Assembly (NCBI GenBank): GCA_020850635.1
Contig: JADZEH010000024.1
Location: 8,617-72,616, forward strand
Reading direction: 5' to 3'
Source of the DNA: Candidatus Doudnabacteria bacterium
Lineage (GTDB): Bacteria > Patescibacteriota > Doudnabacteria > UBA920
DNA length: 64,000 bases
Below are positions 1 to 9,793 of this stretch, piece after piece. Under the pieces are notes generated by a model. That model ran no database searches. It was given only the letters and a program-made list of their open reading frames with translations, and had not been told where the DNA came from. The stretch's first letter is position 1. Each line of letters opens with the position of its first letter. The position numbers were made by a program, and so were the translations under genes.

Positions 1-1099
1 TAAAAGCTTTAATGGCGGCGATAGTGGTTTCGGGTACGGTTGAAAAAGAATCATCATAATATGCCACGCCGTTTAGTTTACCGACGAGTTGTAGTCGGTG
101 CTCAAGTCCGACAAATTTTTGAAGACTCTCATGAATAGCCTCAGGCTTAATCCCCATTTGAAGCGTGGTTAGAGTCGCAGCGCTGACATTTTGTAAGTTA
201 TGCAACCCTCGAAGCATTAAATCTTGTAATTTTACGAAGGGATTAGAAATTTCATCACCAAAACCAATAATAGTCACATTACCCTCATCGGAGATGAATG
301 CTCCTGGCACTAGTCGATTCTTTTGACTGACCCAGGCAATTTGAGCTGGGGTGAAAGTCTTAAATTCCTTGCTGGCTGGAAAATCAGCATTGATGACCGC
401 AAAGTCTTCTGTGGTTTGATGAGCCACAATGTTGCGTTTAGCTTCGTGGTATTCCCCGAGATTCTTATGATGATCTAAGTGATCTTGAGTGATCATTAAC
501 ACCACCGCAAACTTTGGACTTTTAGAAACATCTTGCAACTGAAAACTAGAAAGTTCAAAAACTACCACATCATTGTCAGTGAGGGTTTCTAAAATTTCGA
601 ATGGTTGAGTTTTACCAATGTTGCCAGTTAAATAAACCTTTGATTTTTCTGTAAGTTTGGACGAGTTATTAAAGGCTTTGATCTCGATTGCGTGCTTAAT
701 TATTTCATGAATCAAACTACTGGTTGTGCCTTTCCCTTTTGTCCCCGTAACTCCAATAACAACAGCTGGGGTATTTTCAAGAAACCATTTGGTTTGGCTG
801 GTAATTGTCGTACCATTTTTTTCAGCCTCAATGAGTTGAGAATTAAGACGGTGAATGCCCGGACTTCGAAAGACGACATTAAACTCGGCAATTTTGTTTA
901 AATAGTCAGCTCCGCTAATCACGCTTAGTTTATTTTCCGTTGCGAAATTGGCGTCTTTGTCAGCCCACTCATGAAAAGGTTTCTCATCTAAAATCACTGG
1001 CGCAAGATTTTGGGCCAGTAACCATCGAGTGGTAGCTTGTCCTTCTACACCGAATCCTAGAACAGCTATTTTTTTGTTTAATAGATCTTGCTTGGTCAT
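1..1099 (-). CDS. murD: UDP-N-acetylmuramoylalanine--D-glutamate ligase MurD (partial; C-terminus runs off window start)
   Basis: Reverse-complement of 1097-1099 is ATG, giving MTKQDLLNKKIAVLGFGVEGQ... with a Mur-ligase P-loop GVTGTKGKGTT and EHRLQLV motif. Not in the ORF track because it is truncated at the window edge. Its start overlaps the upstream gene stop (ATGA). Confidence 0.8.
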   Translation of the reverse strand, partial: MTKQDLLNKKIAVLGFGVEGQATTRWLLAQNLAPVILDEKPFHEWADKDANFATENKLSVISGADYLNKIAEFNVVFRSPGIHRLNSQLIEAEKNGTTITSQTKWFLENTPAVVIGVTGTKGKGTTSSLIHEIIKHAIEIKAFNNSSKLTEKSKVYLTGNIGKTQPFEILETLTDNDVVVFELSSFQLQDVSKSPKFAVVLMITQDHLDHHKNLGEYHEAKRNIVAHQTTEDFAVINADFPASKEFKTFTPAQIAWVSQKNRLVPGAFISDEGNVTIIGFGDEISNPFVKLQDLMLRGLHNLQNVSAATLTTLQMGIKPEAIHESLQKFVGLEHRLQLVGKLNGVAYYDDSFSTVPETTIAAIKAF

Positions 1100-2688
1100 G
1101 TCTGTCGTTTCCTTAGAACTTGGCCGCTTAGAGTCTTGAGTGTAATCCCAGACTTTACAGTGAGTTGGCCATTAATCAGAACATGTTCAATTCCTCGAGG
1201 AAAGCGATAGGGGCTTGTTAGGGTTGCTGTATCGACAATAGTAGAAGGGTTAAAAATAACGATATCGGCTTTTTTCCCAACAGCGAGTTCACCACGATCA
1301 GTAATACCCACGACTTGTGCAGCCGTACTTGTGAGTTTGCGAATCGCCTCGCTTAAAGAAATGGCATTAGTGTCTCGGACGTCAGCTAAAAATTTAGGGG
1401 CTGTGCCAAAACAACGAGGATGAACTAAGCGGTCGTTAACTACACCACTGGTGACGCCCTGTGGGTTGGGAAAGCCTGCTCCATCGGTAGCGACCAAAGA
1501 AAACGGATGCATTACCAAACTCTCAACAGTTTTAGAATCGAGGGTTTGATCAAAAACCATAATTTCTGTGCCACCGTGTTCAATGAGCAAGAGTAGAGCT
1601 TCTTCACTCGTTATTTCAAAATCCTTAGCAATGTGGGATAGTCTCTTGCCGATTACGTTAAGTTTGTTAGCCGTAGATACCACCAATAGTTCGGGTAAGG
1701 TCGAGTTAGTGTTATGCAAGTGTTCAATAACTTTTTTTCGTTTGGTTGGGTCTTTGAGTTCGCTTAAGATGTGATTTCTACCACCAATTCTAATCCATGA
1801 CGGTAAGTATCGAGTAATATTTTGCCAAACCGTATCGTATGGGTAAACATCAAACCAGACATCAACACCTTGATGGCGTGCGGTTTCAAGCCGGTCGATA
1901 ACATGTTCCAATACGTGCTTATCTTGTCCCCCACTTAATTTTAAGTGAGAGATTTTTAGTTTGACTCCAGTGTCCTTCGCGAGCTCCAAAACTTCATCAA
2001 GGCTTTCGATAATATTTTCATCTTCGTTGCGTAAATGCACCGAAAATAAACCTTTGGTTTTAGCGACGGCTTCAACAAAATCTTTTAGTTCAATCGGAGT
2101 GACTGATAGTTCATGTCCGTAACCTAGCCCATTAGATAAACCAAAGGCTCCTTGAGCTAAACTTTGTTCTAGAAAAGCGAGTAAGGTTTTAGATTCTTGA
2201 GTTTGAAGAGCGTTAGCGTTTCCTCCTACAAGCCCGCGACGAAGCGTGCTGTATCCGACAAGGCTAGCAACGTTACACCCAAGTTCACTCATCTGTAGTG
2301 TCTCTATAAATTCTGAAAAACTGCTCCAGTTAACGTTTGCCCCTTCTAGGGAATGCCATTTTTGCATAGCACTTAACGATTCTCTGGAAAGCAGTGGAGC
2401 TAGGCTTGCTCCACAGTGTCCAACCACAATAGTTGTAAAACCTTGAGCACGTAAACTATCTAAAGAGGGGTTATCAAAAAGTTGCCAGTAGCTGTCGCTA
2501 TGGTTTTGGACATCGATAAAACCTGGGCAGACCACAAGTCCTTGGGCATCGATGACTGTTTGTCCAGCTGTGTCGATGGAGTCGGCAATCCGAACGATTT
2601 GTTCGCCTTCAATCGCGATGTCACCGTGACGCGGTTGACTGCCGGTACCATCAATGATGCTGGCATTTTTAATAACAACTGAATACAT
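1096..2688 (-). CDS. Amidohydrolase of the D-aminoacylase / N-acyl-D-amino-acid deacylase family
   Basis: 530 aa. N-terminal IIDGTG...DIAIEGEQI...VCPGFIDVQNHSD metal-binding signature typical of the D-aminoacylase family. Confidence 0.7.
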   Translation of the reverse strand: MYSVVIKNASIIDGTGSQPRHGDIAIEGEQIVRIADSIDTAGQTVIDAQGLVVCPGFIDVQNHSDSYWQLFDNPSLDSLRAQGFTTIVVGHCGASLAPLLSRESLSAMQKWHSLEGANVNWSSFSEFIETLQMSELGCNVASLVGYSTLRRGLVGGNANALQTQESKTLLAFLEQSLAQGAFGLSNGLGYGHELSVTPIELKDFVEAVAKTKGLFSVHLRNEDENIIESLDEVLELAKDTGVKLKISHLKLSGGQDKHVLEHVIDRLETARHQGVDVWFDVYPYDTVWQNITRYLPSWIRIGGRNHILSELKDPTKRKKVIEHLHNTNSTLPELLVVSTANKLNVIGKRLSHIAKDFEITSEEALLLLIEHGGTEIMVFDQTLDSKTVESLVMHPFSLVATDGAGFPNPQGVTSGVVNDRLVHPRCFGTAPKFLADVRDTNAISLSEAIRKLTSTAAQVVGITDRGELAVGKKADIVIFNPSTIVDTATLTSPYRFPRGIEHVLINGQLTVKSGITLKTLSGQVLRKRQT

Positions 2689-2696
2689 AAATTTCT

Positions 2697-3743
2697 TTAG
2701 AGATATCGATCAAGGAAAAAAATTATAACTCCAATAATACTTGTGACTGCGGAAATAATCCAAAAACGCATGGTTACTTTAGTTTCGGGCCAGCCTAATG
2801 CTTCAAAGTGGTGATGTATCGGAGCTGATATAAATATTTTCCGTTTAAAGACTTTTTTAGAAAAGATTTGAATGATCGCGCTAAAAGCTTCGATTACAAA
2901 AATAAATCCAATCAAAGGCAGGAGTAAAACGGAGTTGGTTAAAAATGCGACAATAGCCAAAAGCACACCCAGACCCATAGAACCCGTATCGCCCATGATA
3001 AATCTCGCTGGGTATACGTTAAACCACAGGAAAGCTAGCAAGCCACCGATCGTGACTCCTAGAAACGCGGCTAAGTTTTCTCTTCCACTCATGTAAGAAA
3101 TCAAAGAGAAAGATAGAAAAGCAATTAACAGTGTGCCTCCAGCTAGCCCATCTAAGCCGTCGGTTTCATTCACAGCAAAACTAGTCCCAACCACGACTAA
3201 AATAAAGAATGGGATAAAGAGCCAGCCAATTTCTAAATTTCCATAAAAAGGAACATGCAAATAACTAAAATCTAATTTGAAATAAAACCACCACGCACCA
3301 ATTATGGCCACCAGTGTATACAAGAAAACTTTAAAGCGGAAAGGAAAACCCCGACCTTTATGGCCTAAGCGATTGATGTCTAGAAAATCGTCAGCGAGAC
3401 CAACGAGTGAGGCTCCAAGAAACGCACCAAGTGGCAGTAAGGTTTCGCGACGTGTCAAAAAGTTGAAACCATGTGCTCCGGGAATTTCAAAAATACGATC
3501 AGCAATCCAAAAAACCACAGCAATAATAACAACGGTACCCCAGACTAAAATTCCCCCCATGGTTGGGGTGCCTTTTTTATCTTTATGTAAGGCTGAGAAT
3601 ACTGGAGTACTCCCATCATCGCGAATATTTTTACCAAGTTTGTATTTATATAAAAAGTGGGTAAGCAGTGGAGTGGCTAGTAACGCAAAAACGAATCCAA
3701 TCGAGGTCAGAGTGAAAATTTTGGTCAAAATCAGTGAAGTCAT
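2697..3743 (-). CDS. mraY: Phospho-N-acetylmuramoyl-pentapeptide transferase MraY
   Basis: 348 aa polytopic membrane protein with NETDGLDGLAGG and PIHHHFE motifs. Confidence 0.95.
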   Translation of the reverse strand: MTSLILTKIFTLTSIGFVFALLATPLLTHFLYKYKLGKNIRDDGSTPVFSALHKDKKGTPTMGGILVWGTVVIIAVVFWIADRIFEIPGAHGFNFLTRRETLLPLGAFLGASLVGLADDFLDINRLGHKGRGFPFRFKVFLYTLVAIIGAWWFYFKLDFSYLHVPFYGNLEIGWLFIPFFILVVVGTSFAVNETDGLDGLAGGTLLIAFLSFSLISYMSGRENLAAFLGVTIGGLLAFLWFNVYPARFIMGDTGSMGLGVLLAIVAFLTNSVLLLPLIGFIFVIEAFSAIIQIFSKKVFKRKIFISAPIHHHFEALGWPETKVTMRFWIISAVTSIIGVIIFFLDRYL

Positions 3744-3768
3744 ATGTTTATATTATACCACAAAAGCC

Positions 3769-4746
3769 CTATTTTAAGGGCTCAGTAGTTTCTAATGAAT
3801 AACTTTCTTGCACTATAGTTTTTAAACGGGTGGTATCGCTGTCACGATAATCACTTCCCAAGACAATAACCGCGATCTCGTGACCTTGATGATCAAATTT
3901 TGTAACCATCGCACCTTGGGCACCTTCGGTGTATCCAGTTTTGATTCCGGTAATTGCTGAATCTTTTTGAATTAACTTATTTGTCGCTCTAACACGATAA
4001 GTGTTTCCAAAGCTTCCTGAAAAGCTATATTGAGATAGTCGACCAAGTTCAGAAAAGTTTTGATGTCTTAGGATTGCTTTGACTAAAATATGAACATCAT
4101 AAGCGGTTGAGAACTGTTTGGAGCTATCAAACCCAATCGGGTTTTCAAAACGAGTGTTTTGCATCCCAAGTGCTCCTGCTTTTTGGTTCATTAAATCAGC
4201 GATCTGAATTCCAGTTTTATCTGCGACAACTCTCCCTAAAAATACTGCGGCGTCATTTGCCGAACCAACGAGCATCGCATTGATAACGTCGTTAACTTTT
4301 ACCGATTCCCCAATTCGCAGTCTTAAAGATGGGGTTATGGTTAGACTATCTTTCGGGGTAACAACAATTTGTTCATCTAGTGCTAAGTATTCATAGGCCA
4401 ATAATGCCGTCATGAGTTTAGTTAGACTGGCGATTGAGGTTTTAGTGTCAGACTCCTTTTCAGTAAGAATTTGTCCTGTTTCAATATCAAACACAAAGAA
4501 ACTTCGGGCGGAAACACTGGTGGTATCAACAATCTTTTTAAGGACAAATTGTTGTGGTTTGAGTTCCGTGAAGCTCGGAAGAGCACTATCGGTAGCAGTC
4601 TCTGCCCCTAAGACTTTTGGTTCAGGCGAGCTTTTGGCGAGTTCTGTTGGCGCTGAGACAGTCGGGGTGAAGACTGCAAATAAAAAAAGCGCCAAAATTC
4701 CTGTGAGCATGCTAAAAACACTGATTTTTGTTTTGATTTCGTCCAT
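3769..4746 (-). CDS. D-alanyl-D-alanine carboxypeptidase (serine peptidase S11, PBP5-like)
   Basis: Signal peptide/TM at N-terminus. SLTK (SxxK), SAN (SxN) and KTG motifs. Confidence 0.85.
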   Translation of the reverse strand: MDEIKTKISVFSMLTGILALFLFAVFTPTVSAPTELAKSSPEPKVLGAETATDSALPSFTELKPQQFVLKKIVDTTSVSARSFFVFDIETGQILTEKESDTKTSIASLTKLMTALLAYEYLALDEQIVVTPKDSLTITPSLRLRIGESVKVNDVINAMLVGSANDAAVFLGRVVADKTGIQIADLMNQKAGALGMQNTRFENPIGFDSSKQFSTAYDVHILVKAILRHQNFSELGRLSQYSFSGSFGNTYRVRATNKLIQKDSAITGIKTGYTEGAQGAMVTKFDHQGHEIAVIVLGSDYRDSDTTRLKTIVQESYSLETTEPLK

Positions 4747-4844
4747 ATTTCTTTACTATAAGTATACACTAGATTCTTCGCATTTGTTGACAACGAAAAC
4801 CCTTTGTGGATAAGATACCTTGTAACCAAATTAACAAAAATATT

Positions 4845-5165
4845 ATGGATGAAGTAAACGTAACCGAAGAAACCTTTGACCAGGAAGTTCTTAAGTCAAA
4901 TGTCCCAGTGCTGGTCGACTTTTGGGCAGAATGGTGTGGGCCATGTAAAATTGTTCACCCTATTTTAGACGAAATTCGTCAAGAATATAGTGGTAAAATC
5001 AAGATCGCTAAAGTAAACGTGGATGAGCAAAATGCTCTCGCTGGACGATATAACGTGATGAGTATTCCGAATATGAAGATTTTCAAAGGTGGTCAACAAG
5101 TTGGTGAAATTGTTGGCGCCGCTCCTAAACAGTCTATCCTTGCCGAACTCTTGAAACACATGTAA
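4845..5165 (+). CDS. trxA: Thioredoxin
   Basis: WAEWCGPCK active site. The ORF opens at 4806 but the conserved start is the MDEVNVTEETF methionine at 4845. Confidence 0.9.
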   Translation: MDEVNVTEETFDQEVLKSNVPVLVDFWAEWCGPCKIVHPILDEIRQEYSGKIKIAKVNVDEQNALAGRYNVMSIPNMKIFKGGQQVGEIVGAAPKQSILAELLKHM

Positions 5166-5167
5166 AT

Positions 5168-5194
5168 AAAAACCCCGCTCACAAGCGGGGTTTT
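5168..5194. terminator. Bidirectional intrinsic terminator between convergent trxA and the ATPase gene
   Basis: A-run, ccccgc/gcgggg stem with 6-nt loop, then T-run. Confidence 0.6.
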
Positions 5195-5198
5195 AAAT

Positions 5199-7115
5199 TT
5201 AGAATTGGTGGACTTCACCGGGTTTTAAGACTTGAGGGCTTTCCTCAGCTGGTTTTGGTGGCTGTGGTACGGGCTGTGTGGCTGGTTCTGCTGGTTTATT
5301 GATTGCAACTTGAGACACAGCACTCTCCACTTTATTTAACAAATCGTCAGTCTTTGATTTATCAATTGTGTGTACGGTATCCCAAATAGGGTTTTCGTGT
5401 TTTTTGGGTTGTGGTTTTGGTTGACTTGGTCGGTCAGTACTTCGTCTTTGTGGTGGTCTATTTCGATCGCCGTGTCTTCGGTTATCATCAGAACGATGTT
5501 CTGAGCGTGGTTGATTATTACTACTACCACGATCTCTGCGTGAATCTCTGCCGCCAGATGAACGAGTGCGGTTCGGGTCTGAAGATTGCTCAACTTTAGG
5601 AATCAAAGGCTTCTCCTTGTATTCATCTTTCGGTTCAGCTGAAGGAACAGCTGAAGCCATGGCCTTGGGTTCGGTAGGACGTGGAGCGTCGGGAACTGTT
5701 TCCGAAGCTGTAAATGGTTTTTGTGGTGCTAAAATTTCTTGAATTTGACTTTTGCGTTCTGTGGTTGGGTTTTCATCAGCTCTTTCTTCGGTGCCAACTA
5801 ATACACCTGCTTGTTCATGGTATTCAGCGCCCATCCAACGACTAATTTTTTCTTCAACTTCTGCAACGTCATTACCATATCGTTCGCGGGAAACTTTAAT
5901 TACCTTCTCGGCATTTCCAGTTTTCCATAAGTCATTAACGGGCATCGTTACAGCAGAAAAAGGATCACTGGCTACACCATTGATCATCAATTTTAAAATA
6001 ATGTTGTACTTCGGTAAGTTCACAATATCGGTTGGAGTAAAGATTGGGTCGAATTCTGTTTCTAGGAATTCGGCATCGGCTGCGCCAACTCGGAATATTA
6101 CCATGGTACCAACGTTACCAAACACAGCATCGCGAACCTTCGTACTGTTGCGATCGGGAACTAACTGACCAATATACTGGTGACCCATTATCAAATTCAG
6201 TCGGTATTTACGAGCTTCGCTCAAAATTGTAGCGAAACTTTCGGTCACAAAGTTTTGAAACTCATCTACATATAAATAGAAATCTTTACGTTCTTCTTCG
6301 GGGATATCAACGCGAGACAAAGCCGCCAATTGAAGTTTGGTAATAATCATCGCACCAAGCAAAGCTGAGTTGTCTTCACCAACTTTACCTTTAGACAAAT
6401 CCAAGAGCATGATCTTTTGGTTATCCATCATACTACGTAGGTCTATAGTAGAGCGTGGTTGACCGATAATATTACGAATAATACCGGATGACAAGAACTG
6501 TCCAACTTTGTTTTGAATTGGGGCTACCGCTTCTGTTCGATACTTTTCAGCATAGTTGGCGTATTCATCAACCCAAAAAGCGCGGACCATAGGGTCTTTG
6601 ATGTTGTCGACAATCTTTTTACGATACTTTTTGTCGACGTACATGCGAACAATACCAAGCATGGTGTTACCCGGACTTTCGAGCAAAGCCAAAATGGTGT
6701 TGTTAAGAATGTATTCCATACGAGAGGACCAGGTGTTGGCCCAAATCTTGGTAAACACACCCATCAAACCAGAAGCAACTAAATGTTTGTACTTGGTATC
6801 AACGGCTTCAAGAATGTTAAACGCGATTGGGTGATCTAAATCAGCAGGGTTAAAGTAAATAACGTCGTTAACACGACTACTTGGAACATAATCGAGGATT
6901 TTAGCGACTGAATCACCATGTGGGTCGATAAAACACACACCGTGACCATTTCTGATGTCCTGGATGACCATATTTTCCATCAAAGTCGTCTTACCCATAC
7001 CGGTTTTACCGATAATGTACATGTGACGACGACGATCATCAGCTTTTATACCAAAAGGCACTTCTCGATTGCGGAAGTTGGTTTTAGCGAAAAAGTTAAT
7101 GTCAGTATTGGCCAT
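5199..7115 (-). CDS. VirD4/TraG/TraD-family coupling-protein-like P-loop ATPase with a long low-complexity basic C-terminal tail
   Basis: Walker A GKTGMGKT, CFIDPHGD, Walker B YLYVDEFQNF, and a SEARKYRLNLIMGHQYIGQL motif like the TraG-D_C domain. No N-terminal TM helices. The last ~170 aa are rich in R/S/D/P/Q. Confidence 0.6.
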   Translation of the reverse strand: MANTDINFFAKTNFRNREVPFGIKADDRRRHMYIIGKTGMGKTTLMENMVIQDIRNGHGVCFIDPHGDSVAKILDYVPSSRVNDVIYFNPADLDHPIAFNILEAVDTKYKHLVASGLMGVFTKIWANTWSSRMEYILNNTILALLESPGNTMLGIVRMYVDKKYRKKIVDNIKDPMVRAFWVDEYANYAEKYRTEAVAPIQNKVGQFLSSGIIRNIIGQPRSTIDLRSMMDNQKIMLLDLSKGKVGEDNSALLGAMIITKLQLAALSRVDIPEEERKDFYLYVDEFQNFVTESFATILSEARKYRLNLIMGHQYIGQLVPDRNSTKVRDAVFGNVGTMVIFRVGAADAEFLETEFDPIFTPTDIVNLPKYNIILKLMINGVASDPFSAVTMPVNDLWKTGNAEKVIKVSRERYGNDVAEVEEKISRWMGAEYHEQAGVLVGTEERADENPTTERKSQIQEILAPQKPFTASETVPDAPRPTEPKAMASAVPSAEPKDEYKEKPLIPKVEQSSDPNRTRSSGGRDSRRDRGSSNNQPRSEHRSDDNRRHGDRNRPPQRRSTDRPSQPKPQPKKHENPIWDTVHTIDKSKTDDLLNKVESAVSQVAINKPAEPATQPVPQPPKPAEESPQVLKPGEVHQF

Positions 7116-7156
7116 AGTTGTAGTATAAAGTTATTAGCTTAAAGTAGCTAATATTA

Positions 7157-8479
7157 TTAGTAGTCGCCAGTAGGCAAATCCACAGGAGGCTGAGCTTTTT
7201 TGCTTTCGACTGAGGCCACTGGTGGCTGAGTTGGGTTTAACGACAATGGTAAATGGAATATCGTTGCGATTTCTTCAGCATTTAAGACAGGCATAGGATT
7301 ACCAATAAAGATACTGCGCTCTTTATACCCAGTGAACATGTATTTCTTCAGGATTTTCTTTTGTCTATCTACGTAAGGTTTTTCAAGGGTTGGTGAAAGC
7401 TTGGCCTTAGGATCGGTCCAAGTTTTTTTAGTATCTGGTTTTAAAGCGTTTAAAGTCCCTGAACCGAGAACGCGCATCGCCCCAACCATTAATGCTTTCT
7501 TAGCTGGGTCAAATTTATCTTTAGGGGCAACGTACATGTGACGAACTTTAGTATAATAGCCAGCCTTAGAAGTTTTATTCTGCACAGCATTAACTGCGGT
7601 TTTTTCAACCTCAGTCATGTTGAGTAAGTTATTTTTCTGATCATTTTTTTGCTCAGGTTTGACCTCTGAAACAAGTAAACTAGAAAATTTAAAATCTGCG
7701 ACAAAGTCAAACGGTGTCATTAAGATATTCAAGAGGGAAACTTTTTTTGGTAATTTTTCGCCAAGAAGAAGTTTTGATTTTTTTAGGGCTTCTTCGCGCC
7801 AACCTTCAGCATCGCCCGCTGGTTGAATAATCACTTGCATACCATAAAATTCCCAAGGTTGCATTTTACCCATGGCTTCGAAAACTGGTGCTAAGGGGTC
7901 GATAATTTTTTGTTCGGCAGTTGGATGTTCAAATTCTTTCCAAGTTTTAATCGGAATCGACTGGTCGTTGACAAGAGTAAATTCTGTACCCCAAAGATCA
8001 AAATCACTGGTTTCAGGGTCATACTCGATGTTTTCCATGTAATCATTAACTTCCACAACTTCTGCTGCCGGATACTGACCATAAATAGCCGCTTCAACCA
8101 ACTCTTTGGTATCAATCGGCGCGCGAATAATGAAGTTAACCTTACCACCTAGGCTCACGACTTCTAAGGAATACCATAGCATCACCTTACCTTCAATATA
8201 CTTGTTGGCAAAAGTCAGGCTAGTAAATAAGGCGTGGAGTTGATTAAAGATTTGTTCAACTGCCAGAGTACTCGTAAGGTTTTCGCGAGGAACTTTAATA
8301 CTCAAAAACACCCATTTTTGACTAGCAATAAACTGGGTGACAATTTCAAAGTAATATAGTTTATAGAGAATATAGATGCCGACGCCAATAAAGGCGACCC
8401 AACCACCGTGCGCAATAATGTACCACAATGGTCCAAAAATATCCCCCAACCCTGCAAACGGATTTCCAAAAATTCCCAT
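7157..8479 (-). CDS. Hypothetical membrane protein (N-terminal TM segments), co-oriented 41 bp upstream of the ATPase
   Basis: 440 aa. Hydrophobic N-terminus (WYIIAHGGWVAFIGVGIYILY). No recognised motif. Confidence 0.5.
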   Translation of the reverse strand: MGIFGNPFAGLGDIFGPLWYIIAHGGWVAFIGVGIYILYKLYYFEIVTQFIASQKWVFLSIKVPRENLTSTLAVEQIFNQLHALFTSLTFANKYIEGKVMLWYSLEVVSLGGKVNFIIRAPIDTKELVEAAIYGQYPAAEVVEVNDYMENIEYDPETSDFDLWGTEFTLVNDQSIPIKTWKEFEHPTAEQKIIDPLAPVFEAMGKMQPWEFYGMQVIIQPAGDAEGWREEALKKSKLLLGEKLPKKVSLLNILMTPFDFVADFKFSSLLVSEVKPEQKNDQKNNLLNMTEVEKTAVNAVQNKTSKAGYYTKVRHMYVAPKDKFDPAKKALMVGAMRVLGSGTLNALKPDTKKTWTDPKAKLSPTLEKPYVDRQKKILKKYMFTGYKERSIFIGNPMPVLNAEEIATIFHLPLSLNPTQPPVASVESKKAQPPVDLPTGDY

Positions 8480-8514
8480 GTTTTTATTTCAAATAAAGTC
8501 CCAACAAACTAAAA

Positions 8515-9600
8515 CTAAACTAGAGCGTATAGATTCTTTGCAACCTTTTTAAATAGCTTCTTGTTTGATAGACCAACTAAGATAGTATTCTTTTTTACCA
8601 AACGACGTTCAAGTACAGCGTCTACTATTTCGTCTCGGGTCATTGGTTGACCTTTTTGCTCTAAGATCTCTTTAATCATATCAGAAACAACGCCAGGTTT
8701 ATATCCCCATTCAGCTAAAGCGTAAATTCCGCGACCAACAAGAACAAAACGAGTGTCTTTGATAAGTTTGTTATGAACAGTTTCTTTGTAAGCAGTACGG
8801 TTGTCGAGCTTATGTTTGTTAATAAGTTCAGTAATAGTAGCGTAATGTTCTGGTTTCTTGTGGTGACGCATGACCAAATAAGCTTTATCACCAACGTCTT
8901 TTGGATGAATTTCACTCCAATCGCTGAGACCAAACTCACCGAAGACATTTTGTTCAACTGGTTGGGCGGCGTGAAGGAAGTTAATTAAAACTCGGTCATG
9001 TAAATCTTGATGATGTTTGTTAAATAACTCAGTTTCCTTAACCTTTTCTAGGAAATGCTCAGTATGCATAGGCTTGCCATGCTTGTTGAACATAGACTTT
9101 ACTTCGGAAATAAAGTCTTTCAATAAATCTTTGTTAAAACTTGGCATTTTCCAAGATGGCTTGATGTGAGCCTCGTTATCAACAAGTTCTAATTCAGAAA
9201 TGAGGTGTAAAATAAAACGAATTGAGTTTTCTTGCTGAGGAGTTTGACTGTTAAGTAGTTCTAGTAAACGTTCTTCAGAGATAATTCCACCATGCTCTAA
9301 AACCATATTCACGATTAAATCACGAGCGAGTGAAAATACTTGTTCGTCATTGGCATTACGTTTTAAAGCTCCAAGAAGCTCCTTTTCAATTTGGCGAACG
9401 CGTTCACGGGTTAAGCCTTGTTCTTCACCAACAGTTTTCAGAGTGGCAACAGGACTACCGTTTAAACCATAACGCTTAATTAAGATGGTTTTTTCACGTT
9501 CTTTTAGAGGTTCTAAAAGCTTGGAGACAATCAAAGCATGCTCGAATTTCTCGAGGGTCTTTTGCTGTTGCGTATCAATAATTTGGTCTAAAATTCCCAT
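8515..9600 (-). CDS. DNA-binding protein with N-terminal sigma-70 region-4 HTH and C-terminal HARE-HTH-like domain
   Basis: LTRERVRQIEKEL matches sigma70 r4.2. The C-terminal ...RFVLVGRGIYALAEWGY resembles the HARE-HTH domain (RpoE delta N-terminal domain). Confidence 0.5.
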   Translation of the reverse strand: MGILDQIIDTQQQKTLEKFEHALIVSKLLEPLKEREKTILIKRYGLNGSPVATLKTVGEEQGLTRERVRQIEKELLGALKRNANDEQVFSLARDLIVNMVLEHGGIISEERLLELLNSQTPQQENSIRFILHLISELELVDNEAHIKPSWKMPSFNKDLLKDFISEVKSMFNKHGKPMHTEHFLEKVKETELFNKHHQDLHDRVLINFLHAAQPVEQNVFGEFGLSDWSEIHPKDVGDKAYLVMRHHKKPEHYATITELINKHKLDNRTAYKETVHNKLIKDTRFVLVGRGIYALAEWGYKPGVVSDMIKEILEQKGQPMTRDEIVDAVLERRLVKKNTILVGLSNKKLFKKVAKNLYALV

Positions 9601-9754
9601 ATATTTGTGATATTCTAAACAGATTTTTCAGATGTTCTAAAGTATAACATAAACTTTTATATAAGTCAAATAAACCATATAATACTGTTTTGGCCTGTGT
9701 ATAACCATTCACCCACCCTTAGAACCCTGTTATCGCCGGAAAATAGTATCGTTC

Positions 9755-9790
9755 AAAAAAACTGCCTCCATGGATGAAGACAGTTTTTTA
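9755..9790 (-). terminator. Intrinsic terminator downstream of secF
   Basis: 8-bp stem (ctgcctcc/gaagacag with GU wobbles), 6-nt loop, flanked by A-run and T-run. Confidence 0.4.
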
Positions 9791-9793
9791 AGC

